A stretch of 64,000 nucleotides of DNA from Octopus sinensis (lineage: Eukaryota), in NCBI RefSeq assembly GCF_006345805.1, contig NC_043000.1, forward strand, positions 96,782,001-96,846,000. Reading direction: 5' to 3'. The translations under genes and the position numbers were made by a program. Shown one piece after another: positions 53,645 to 64,000 of the stretch. The first letter of the stretch is position 1, and each line of letters begins with the position of its first letter. The notes under the pieces were generated by a model. It saw nothing but the letters and a program-made list of their open reading frames with translations, was not told the origin of the DNA and ran no database searches.

Positions 53645-53838
53645 TATACAATATGTTACATTACTCGGTAGTCAAGATAAAACTCTGAGTTTCAGATGCC
53701 GAAGTGGAAATCCACAACACCATCTCTTCGGTTATCTGGCTATTTAAATAGCCAGATAACCGAAGAGATGGTGTTGTGGATTTCCACTTCGGCATCTGAA
53801 ACTCAGAGTTTTATCTTGACTACCGAGTAATGTAACAT

Positions 53839-53846
<8 letters not shown>
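53645..53846. repeat. Perfect 202-bp palindrome with no spacer
   Basis: Exact reverse-complement symmetry about tattt|aaata (53745/53746). Confidence 0.95.
53754..53816 (+). ncRNA. Type-I hammerhead-like motif (mirror copy at 53675-53737 on -)
   Basis: agataa-CCGAAGA-GATG(22 nt)CATC-T-GAAA-CTCaGAG-TT-ttatct: 6-bp helix I, 4-bp helix II, GUU site; U4C variant and an extra U before GAAA. Confidence 0.5.
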
Positions 53847-53882
<36 letters not shown>

Positions 53883-54524
53883 ATATGCAAGTGTACACTG
53901 TTTGACATTGTCTAAATTCCAATGGAAGAGTTTTGTTTCTAGGCCAGAAGCAGGCTCTTTCTCCATTGGTGGACAAATTCGGAAAATATACCCAGAACAT
54001 AAATACAAGCATATCAAAATGCACAAATCATTCAAGTGTTTAGCATATGCAATGATATCCATGCCTTCAACTTATGTGCAAACATGCATACATACATAAT
54101 ACATACATACATACATACATACATACATACATACATACATACATACATACATACACACAGGGATACATACATATACAGCACAGACACATACATACATACA
54201 TACACAACACACACACATAGATATATACATACAAAAACTTATACATACATACATGCACGCGAACATAGTGGACTCTCCTGTCGTAGATGATAGGTGAGGA
54301 TCCCGCAATTTCTGGCAGAACAACCTGTAATGATTATTTGTTTCTTCTAGTGATCAAATATTTGTACTCTACATTATCTCACTCGCTCGATCAAATCGAT
54401 GTTACAAGCACAGGTGCATGGAATGCCACATGTTAGATGCAAGAACACAAGGCACCAACCAGTTCGGGAATCGAAACTGAGATCATACATACATACATAC
54501 ATACATACATACTTAATTATTTAC

Positions 54525-54560
<36 letters not shown>

Positions 54561-54609
54561 ATATTTCGGAATAGTCATTTTGCCAGTTTAGCCAATAAAA
54601 AATCTTGCT

Positions 54610-54640
<31 letters not shown>

Positions 54641-56690
54641 CATTTATATATATTCAACCACGGTAGTGGTTAAATATATTCTTAAGCCCACCATTTCGTC
54701 AATCGCAGCAGCTTCCAAGCTTCACCACTAATTCAGTTCTCAACTAAATAGTTTGAGATTTGGTTCAGTAGAAAAAAAGATTCATCAAAATATATCAGAC
54801 CTCAAGTGGGCAATAAGGCAGATATTCATCTTCAATTAACATTAATTTTTTAATTTTAAATTAAAAGTATACTTTTCTTAGGTTTAAATGATAGAAAAAT
54901 GCATGAGGAATTCAGAATCGTTAGTCGCATTGAACAAAAGTGAGTAGAAAAACAGTTATAAAGTAAAATGTTACGAAATTTAATGTCAGTAAATGAGGAA
55001 GTAAGAAGTAACGCCTAAGCAATAAGAATAAAGAATATATTTCTAAAATGAATGCTTGCATTCTAAGGCAGCGAGCTATTCAATTAGACGTACAGATAAT
55101 TCACTTAATTATTTATTAACTAAACAGTTTCAAACTTCCGACACTGGTAGAATGTATGTCATAGGACAGGTTTTACTCTTAAGATTTTGACGAAATTTTG
55201 TGTTTTAGAAGTTATTTCGTCAGTGACAATGGACAAATTCGTGTTTGATAATTGCCAATACACGAAATTCTCAGCCTTTGACTTACTCTCTAACTTCTGC
55301 CGATGATATATATACATATTACATATATGGTTAAAAAATCTCATCACGCAATCGAACCAATGAAAGAACCTCTACCTAGTCACTCGACACGCTATAAATA
55401 GCAGCCAAAGTATCCCCCTTTCTAAATCACACGCCCATTGTCCTAGATTGTCCCTAAAAAGATGGTTTGCTGAAGGCTGGAATGTCTTTGATGATAGGTT
55501 TGCAGTATCAGGGTTGATCTGTGGCTAAAGAACAGCATTATGGTAAATTTCTATTTTAACACCACACGATTTTCACTAAGAAAAAAATAACAAAAAATTT
55601 GATTTTTTGCATGGAATCAAGTACCCTGACCTCCTAATATGCTGCAAAGCTGAAAATCTCTTATTTTGGTTCAGGAAAAATGAGTGGGGTGGTTCCCCCC
55701 CAATTCCGGAATCATTGGAAATTTTTGTTTTTCGTTGAATGAATTCTTGTGACCTCCTAATATTGCGAAATTAGAGTCCTTAAGGTGAGTCTGGTAACTG
55801 ATGGTTTTGGGGTCTTGTTGTTGATAACTTTTGGTGAGCCATGGTGCAACCAACAACATGGTAAAACTCCCTGTCATTAATTTTGTGTGGACGGGTAATA
55901 TCAAATAATTCAAACACAGCATATATTTAAATTAAATATGAAAAAAATTGGAATATTATCACCATTTACATGGAAAATTGAAATATTATCTTCCAGTATT
56001 TTATAGGGTAAAATCTTAAATTATTAATTGACACATTATTAATTATCTAATAACAGCAATACCTCGAAAAATCATCGATTACATGGGAAAATGAGTTCAT
56101 GAGAAGTAATATTCTTAAGATTATAAATCGGGAAAAGTACAGGACAAGTTATTACATCTGTAAAAGTATAGGACAAACTATTACTTCTAGTAAAGTAAAG
56201 AATAAGAAACTTTTTACTTAAAATATTGCAGCTAAAATTAAAATTTGAATATTAAAACTTATTTCATTATAGTTTACAAACAACACTATACTTATTTAAG
56301 TAGAATTTGACTAATTTACTACCTTAAATACAGAAAAAGTGACTAATTAGACAAATTTTAAAATTAGCTGAACAGTTTTGTACTATAAATTTAAAGGATG
56401 AGAGCTGTAAAGAGTGATAAATTATAAGAACTGGCATTCTTTGCTTCAATATTTTAAGTAAAAAGCTTCTTATTCTTTACTTTACTAGAAGTAATAGCTT
56501 GTGTTACACTTCGACAATTTCTGGTATCTTGGTATCTGAAGCAGCTGCACATAAGATAGTTTGACCCAAAGAACCGGGTGTTGCAACAATAAATATTGAA
56601 AAACACACATTTGGCTAAATTTGAACATACGACAGTGTAACATAATAACAACGATACACACACACACACACATACACACACACACACAGG

Positions 56691-56728
<38 letters not shown>

Positions 56729-57465
56729 CCATATACGGTTGATGAATATATATTCAGACGAGGTAGTAGGTCTTATTGTAAGTGAAATGGACAACAAAGG
56801 CATTTTCACAATAAAAGTGTCAGTCTGTTGATGACCGCAAGCATCAACTGACAGGCTCGTGAATATCAGACAATCCCTCCAATAAATTAATTAATGATTT
56901 AATTAATTTATAATTCTCACTGTTCTCGCACCTCCATTAATTTCTTGTTATTTCCCGAGGCTTGTCCACTCTATTTTCTAAGAGCGAACTGCATAAAGAA
57001 AAGGCTGACAATATTTACCCACGTTAGTTTTCAGACATGTTTGTTTTATATTCAGAATTGCGAAAGCACCAGTGTGGCTTCTGTTAGTGTACATTTATGG
57101 CGTATAACTTAATTTTTAAAATTGAGATCTATAAAATAAGTCCGTTTTGATCTTCTACGTCCGCTTAAAATTTAAATGAATCGGATACACAAAATTGTCT
57201 GAATTATGTCCGATTTAAAGCTTCCTCACAAATTCTGATTATTATTTCTAAAACGAAAAGCTCCTTCAGTAAACAATTATTTAGGTTCATTAATTACATT
57301 TAATTATTAATTTTCATTTCGTCTCAAAGTAAAAAGACAGAAAGATCGATACGTTCAAATTACAATAGGAATTATTTTAATCATAATGTGCAAAGAGAAT
57401 TTTAAAATCATTTTCATCAGAATTTTCCGAAAGTGTTAATGGTAATAATAATAATAATAATAATA

Positions 57466-57497
<32 letters not shown>

Positions 57498-57529
57498 TAA
57501 TAATAATAATGATAATAATAATAATAATA

Positions 57530-58430
57530 ATCGTTTCTTTATTGGCCACAAAGGCCAAACACATAAGAAATAGGAACAATACAAAACTGAGGACACGTAG
57601 AGTTTGACAGAAAAATCGAGTAAACAATAAAATTCCCCAAAATGTAGAAGTTCTTCAAAGGAGCAACCGAGGAACTCCACACATTCTGGTTATCCCGACC
57701 GCCAGATGCACCTCAGCAGGAGTCTCTCTCCTTCTCAACTCCTCTGAGTTCACACGGGCCATCCTCGCCACATGCACTTACCTTTCAAGAGATTTACTGG
57801 GGTGGGAAGCAGAACTTTCCTCTCTAATCTCACTTTCTTTTTCAAGTTGAACTTGAAAATGTCGATGAGGGCTTGGCCGAAAAGGAAAGTATCTGTCTTC
57901 AGTCCCTTCAATCTCGTCCACCACACTACCTCCTTCGCTATAGCCACCAAACAGAGAAAAACTGCCTTTCTTTCCCGGCCTAAGGAAGACAGGGGACGAT
58001 CTTCTCTCTGCCCATTTCTGAATGAGATTGGCTACCTTGTTCGTCACCTCCCCCACCTCTTGTTTACATGGAGGTCTGGACCAAACCAGTACCCGAGCAG
58101 TTTAACCGGTCATTCTGTCAAGCGCCCCACCACGCTGTCGCTTGGCATGGACCTGCCTCTCCAGGTGTCAAACTGCAGGCCCACCGACTTGTCCTAGTTA
58201 ACTTTTACTCCTGTCAGCGCTACGTACTCTCTCAAGGTAGAGCCGATTACCTCGATTTCCAAGGTATCCCACATTATTACTGTGATGTCGTCTGCATGAG
58301 CAGACATGAACCTTCCGCATCCTAGATCACGCGGGATGCCTCTCGAAATAGCCAACTTCTTCAGTAAAAGCTCAATAGCCAGCACGTACAGAAGAGAAGA
58401 GAGTGACGGTGGTGGTGGTGGTGGTCTTGA
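57530..58430 (-). mobile_element. L1/Tx1-clade ORF2 RT C-terminal part plus 3' UTR
   Basis: LSSLLYVLAIELLL...AHADDITV...KLLGYWFGPD; tail ggcctttgtggccaataaagaaa followed by (ATT)n. Confidence 0.8.
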
Positions 58431-58465
58431 TACTAGTGCTATGAGCTGTCTTATGAGTTGAAGTA

Positions 58466-60262
58466 CAGTGATACCTCGCTGTACGAGTTTAATTCGTTTC
58501 ATGACCGGGCTCGTTTTACAATTTACTCGTTATACAGATCAATTTTTCCCATTGAAATTAATTAAAATATAATTAATCCGTTCCAGTTCCCACCCCACCA
58601 CCAAATCAGCGAAAATTATTTTTTATTGGTTTTAAAACAGAAAAGGTGCAGTTACAAGGAAAATGACAGTTATAAAAGCATAAAAGAGAATGCCAAAAAA
58701 ATATGCAAATTGGTTTTACTAATTTAATTGCTGAAAAGATGGCAAGATGTGTGCGCGAGGAGCGGGGATGAGGAAATATATCAAGAGAAGTCTGCTTTTT
58801 CCTCCCTTTCAAAATGTTACGAAAATGCGCCAGAGCAGTGTCATTAAATAAAACAGCAGCACGACCTGTAGATACTTTTTCAGGATGATATCTTTCTACA
58901 AATTCAGAAACATACAGCCACTTTGCCAACACTGCCTTTATATCACTCGTGGAGATAGCATTCTCTGTTATACTGTCCTCCTCCGGGGAACCAATTTCTT
59001 CCTCTGCATCCGAATGCTGCTGCTCCTGAAGCTGCAAGAGTTTATCTGTCATCAGCTCTCCTGAGTGTTCCTCGACTTGATCGTTAATGTCCCCATCGTT
59101 AACATCGTGGTCCATGGACTGGTCAAGAGACACTATCTCTTCGACTACAGGTGTCTCAGACTCAAACACCTCGAAGCCTCTTTCGGATACGCAGTCAGGC
59201 CACAGTTTACTCCATGCAAAATTCAGTGTTCTCCTCGTTACTCCCTGCCAGGCCATATCGATGATTTTCAGGCAGTAAACAATGTTGTAGTGCTCCTTCC
59301 AAAACTCACCAAGGGTTATAATTGTATTTTCGGTAACTTCAAAGCACAGATGAAATAGGTGTTAGGTGTACAATTTCTTAAGATTAGAAATCACCTGGTT
59401 GCGTGAAAGGTATAGCACTTTTATGAATTTAAATTCGTCCAGGATATCATCTTCGATGTTAGGAGGGTGTCGAGGAAGACGAGTTCCTTGAGAGGAAGAT
59501 CGTTCTCCAGAAGGTACATTTTCGCTGCTGGTCCGAAGATAAGGTTGACCCACCCGGTGGAGAATTTCCTGGTGACCCAGGCTTTAACGTTTGCCCTTCA
59601 CATGACCTGCAGCTTCTCCTTCAGGATTTTGTGCGACTTGAACGCTCGTAGGTTTTCGGAATGGTAGACAAGGAAAGGCTTAATCTTCAAGTCTCCACTC
59701 GCATTAGCACGAAAGGCGAGAGTTAGCCTTTTGCATAGACCAGTGGCATGGCGTTTTCTTCTCGTCTACTGTTATGTAGGCTCTTCCGGGCATTGTTTTC
59801 CAAAAAAAGGCCAGTTTCATCACAGCTGAATATTCCTGTTGTACAATGTACCTCTCGGCTACGATGAGCTGACGGAATTCACGCACGAAATCCTCAACTG
59901 CCTTCGTGTCAGAACTCGCTGCTTATCCATATCCGACGACGCTATGAACACCAGTCCTCTTCTTGAAATTATCGAACCAGCCGCGACTGGCCTTAAATGC
60001 GTCTTCTGATGTATCTTCCGTCGATGTTCCAGGGTTCTGCTTCAGGAAATCACCATGCAGCACTCGCAGATGATGGTCTCCGTAATCAGATCCCCTGCGA
60101 GTTGTTTCTCATTGATCTGCAGGAGAAGTAATTTTTCCATCTCTTCGTCGACAGATGTGTGTTGCTTGAAGAGCCTGGAGAACACTTTGCTGTTGTAATG
60201 GGTTTAATGTCGTCCTTTTTCTTTAGGATTGTGCAGATCGTCGACATGCTTCGGTAGTATTG
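58466..60262 (-). mobile_element. Tigger (pogo-like) transposon, one end lost
   Basis: TA|CAGTGATACCTCG TIR at 58466. Transposase remnants STICTILKKKDDIK, FKASRGWFDNFKKR and AWQGVTRRTLNFAWSKLWPDCV...LKGRKKQTSLDIF. Confidence 0.85.
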
Positions 60263-60330
60263 AGGGCGGCTGCCAAGTAGCGATGGTCTACCCTATCGAA
60301 AGCTTTCGAATGATCTAAATTGAAGCCAGC
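60263..60330 (-). mobile_element. L1/Tx1 RT motif-3 fragment
   Basis: LDHSKAFDRVDHRYLAAAL. Confidence 0.7.
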
Positions 60331-60759
60331 TTTATGCGATGTACCACATAAGGTGGAGGTAGTCGTGGATAGACCTACTTGGGACTGCGCACGTTTGTGC
60401 CTTCCCGACAAGACTACCAACGACATGCGCCAACCATGCGTCATATATTCACATAGGCTGAATTTTATGAAAAGTTTGAGAAATAAATACGTCTAAAGCA
60501 AGATTTTTCCGTGGACACTTAAAATGCTACTTTAGGGTCTCCAATTCACTAGCTTGCTTGCATGGACACCCAAAAGTCTTATATAGACGCCGGTGGAGAA
60601 CCACTGACTTAGACAATACTATTGTATGCTAAGCAGTTGGTTGAAGATTTTGATCTCTTTAAAAATTATCCGACAACGTCTGAATATGAGTTACTAAATA
60701 AAAATAATAAAAAAATATGCAGCCCACAAATACCCTACTAAATTTAATGCTGACTGTTT

Positions 60760-61075
60760 TGTAACAGAAATATATACAAAGAGCAAATTTTGAAAAACCA
60801 GAACAGCAACTATTAGAATTGTTAAATGTATTCAATGATAACAAACTATGTGCGATTTTCCAAAATGTTTGTGCTAGCTTCAGAATATTGTTAACAACTC
60901 CATTTGCAGAAAGGATCTTTTAGCAAACTCAGCTCTAACGCAATATGCTTAAAGATTACAATGCTTCAAACCCACTTGTTAATTTAGCAAACTGAGTATT
61001 GAATTAAGCATTGCTAAAGATATTGATTTTCATAGAGCTATTAGAAATTTTTGCAGATAAAAAAAAAACCAAGTG
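60760..61075 (+). pseudogene. hAT transposase C-terminal (dimerisation) remnant
   Basis: LLELLNVFNDNKLCAIFQNVCASFRILLTTP...AER-SFSKL-like...SIAKDIDF across frameshifts. Confidence 0.6.
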
Positions 61076-61456
61076 TTCATTTCATTAACAGATTAGACTT
61101 ATCATTGTTTTGTACAACGTATATTGTTATCTGGTAAAACTGCTGCACAGGGATCAAATTATTTAGGAAATTTTACCAGTGGTCATATTCAGATAGTCAG
61201 AGATTAGCCATTCTGATCAATTAGGCTTTCATAATGCTATGCCAAAAGCTGTCTTTGTTCATATTTTATCATAACCATATATTCACAGAAAGAGGAAAGA
61301 ACTACAACTTTAAAAATTCATGTTATGGTATTATCTCTACTGAAAAGACTTAATTGAGAATATGGAATCCATTTGGACCTGAAATTCTTAATTTCGAGAG
61401 GAGCTCCATGAAAAATCTCTCTGAGTATCTCTTTCTCTCCTCTCTCTCCTCCTTCT

Positions 61457-61498
<42 letters not shown>

Positions 61499-61564
61499 AT
61501 TCACTCTCTCTCCCTCCCTCACTCTCTCTCCCTCACTCCCTCTTTGTGCGCGTGTAGTAAATTC

Positions 61565-61945
61565 ACTCAATCTTTTGGTCTTTTACTTATTTCAGTCATT
61601 GGACTGCGGCCGTGCTAAAGCACAGCTGTGGAAAGATTAGTCGATCAAACTGACCCAATACTTATTTTATCGGGCACTTTGACAAAGTGCTAATTTACGG
61701 GAATGGTAGTAAAGCGACGCCAGTCGTTAAACACTTGGAAAAAGTATTAAGGCACATATACACGCTGACTGATACATACATACTTTCATGTGTGCGTGTA
61801 TGTGTGCGCGCGCGCATGCGTGCGACAAACTTTTGCGCAGTTATCATTTACTAAATTCACTCACATGATACAATAGTAGAAAACTTTTGCTCAATGTGCA
61901 GCGTAATGGAACGGAACTAGAAACCATTTGATTACGAAGCGAATT
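61565..61945 (-). mobile_element. Degenerate SINE family A
   Basis: ttcagtcattggactgcggccgtgc tail and tactaaattcactcac segment. Confidence 0.55.
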
Positions 61946-62035
61946 TCTTGACTATGGAGCCATGTCTTCGCAGATCTCTCTCCCACACACGCTCTCTCGC
62001 ACTCACGCGCACGCGCGCTCACTCACACACACACG

Positions 62036-62084
<49 letters not shown>

Positions 62085-62199
62085 ACACATACACACACTT
62101 AGTTACTGTACAGAAAGTAATGGTAAAGCAAATTGCACATTTTGGTTGAGTAAACCTTCCTCTTTACTAACACTTTATTTTCTTCTTCATCGCAATCAA

Positions 62200-62960
62200 A
62201 TAATGAGTTACAAGTAGAAGCAACGTTCTGTCGTGTGCGCAGATGGATGATGAACTTCTAATGTAAGAGAAACAAGCATTGAAGACGGAGAAACAACTCT
62301 GCTCACTGACATGAATCACTTGTTACCAGACAAACTGAAACGTACAGACAGGTTAATCAACTCGTGAGCTTACAGCTCAACTAAACTGTAGCCACAAACA
62401 AAAGATGGTAGAAAACTTTATGCATCGGAAAGTGTGTGCAAAGTTAGTACTTCATGGCTGATACTAGGTTAAAAGGACAGAAGGGTGGAAAACTATCTGC
62501 GTTGGTGGAAGCGTTTGAAGGCAATAAAAATACATTTTCATGATCTGGTTACAGGGAGTAAAGTACAGGCGTATCATAATGATTCAGACACGAAGATACA
62601 GTCAATGGAATTGCGTCACACTTCTTCTTTAAGGCCTATGAAGTTCTAGAGCCAGTGATTGGCAAAATAAATCGTCATGGTCACTGTATTTGGGGATTTT
62701 TCTGGAGCGTAGCTGTATAGTGGATAGCCAGCGATACAGCGAGGCATTAAAAACCATTGAAACGCCCAAAAAGCTATTAAGAGGAAGAGAATGAACATGA
62801 ATCTGGTAGTGATCCAAATTCACCATGATAATGCGTAAATACACACATTCTTTGGAAGGAAATTAGGCAATCAGCAAATTGGGCTGGTCAGTGATACCAC
62901 ATTCAACGAACAGCTCGGATCTAGCACTCACTTTTGCATTTATTTCGGTACAAAATTAGT
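62200..62960 (+). pseudogene. Highly degenerate mariner transposase
   Basis: RKVCAKLV, IVMVTVFGD, HHDNA, LGWSVIPH and an SDLA...HLF-like motif. Confidence 0.55.
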
Positions 62961-63151
62961 TCAAATGTATTTGCCCATGCGTATGTCTGTGGAGGTGTGG
63001 GGGATCTGGGGCGTCTATGGTCTGTCTTTCTTTTATTTATTTATTCGATACTGTAATGTTTAAGCACGACTGACGTTCTGTAAATGACATAAGCTACATT
63101 CTATAAATATGATTAGTTCATCAACTGATCAACTAATTAATGAATTATATA

Positions 63152-63240
<89 letters not shown>

Positions 63241-63518
63241 TATATAAATTAATATTTTTATCGTTGTGAAATTATCTTTACGCATGCAACAAATCAAATA
63301 CTTTTTGTTTTGTTTTCGATTTTTATATGTTCCGCTGAACGGTTTTCAATTTCATCGTTCAGAATCTATTTGACAGTTGGAGACATGAAACTCAGAGCAA
63401 CACAGTTTGTACTAAATAAATCTCTCATACTATTGTTTCAGTTGGATTACTCTCTTTGTCTCCCACTTTCTTCCTACACTGAAGTCTTTGTATTCAACTG
63501 TTTACACACACACACACA

Positions 63519-63570
<52 letters not shown>

Positions 63571-63712
63571 TCATAGCGTCAAAAATGACGACAGTTTTAT
63601 TTCTTGTAGAGAATGATTTTCAATAGGAAACACAAACAATATTTCTGCTGTGTTGTTTACTGCAAATATGTACACACACTTAAATGCATGAATGTATATA
63701 CTAATTATTATA

Positions 63713-64000
63713 TCAGGTCATCCCATAAGTTCTGTCCGATTTTACCTTTTTCAAAGTTGAATGAAATTTAATAGTATTTTAGAATGTCTAATGGAATTAA
63801 AAATTATTTTTATGCATTTGTGTACATTTAAACTAATTAAATATTATTTTACAGAATAACAGAATTAAAATTTCTTTGATTAAAACTCTTTCTAACATGG
63901 AAGTATCCAAAGAGCATTAAAGGCACATAATGTACTCATAAAGAGTACAAAAAAGGGAAATTCTGCAGCCGAAGCAACTCGAAACATACACTAAGTTTAT
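63713..64000 (+). mobile_element. Left end of a mariner transposon (runs off the window)
   Basis: TA|tcaggtcatcccataagttctgtccg TIR; ATG at 63897 giving MEVSKEH*RHIM...KKGNSAAEATRNI. Confidence 0.75.

Overview
AT-rich, microsatellite-saturated eukaryotic DNA with no intact host gene. The SINE families and the (TA)n/(TACA)n/(TAA)n arrays resemble Octopus genomic DNA (inference from repeat families I recognise, not a database result). Nearly all long ORFs in the ORF track are microsatellite artefacts. The real content is transposon-derived: mariner/Tc1/Tigger/pogo and hAT DNA transposons (one hAT with an exact 8-bp TSD), Helitrons with canonical ends, L1/Tx1-clade LINE pieces, and several R4/Dong-type RLE retrotransposon pieces, most of them at (TAA)n tracts, including two near-identical 1.85-kb copies. 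At least three tRNA-derived SINE families are also present. The most interesting unexplained signal is a set of about ten type-I hammerhead-ribozyme-like motifs (CUGANGA / GAAA / NUH with complementary helices). Several lie inside inverted repeats or a perfect 202-bp palindrome, an arrangement reminiscent of Penelope-like-element pseudo-LTRs and retrozymes, and they show recurrent core variants (U4C, extra A after A9, long helix-II inserts). Ribozyme activity is untested.
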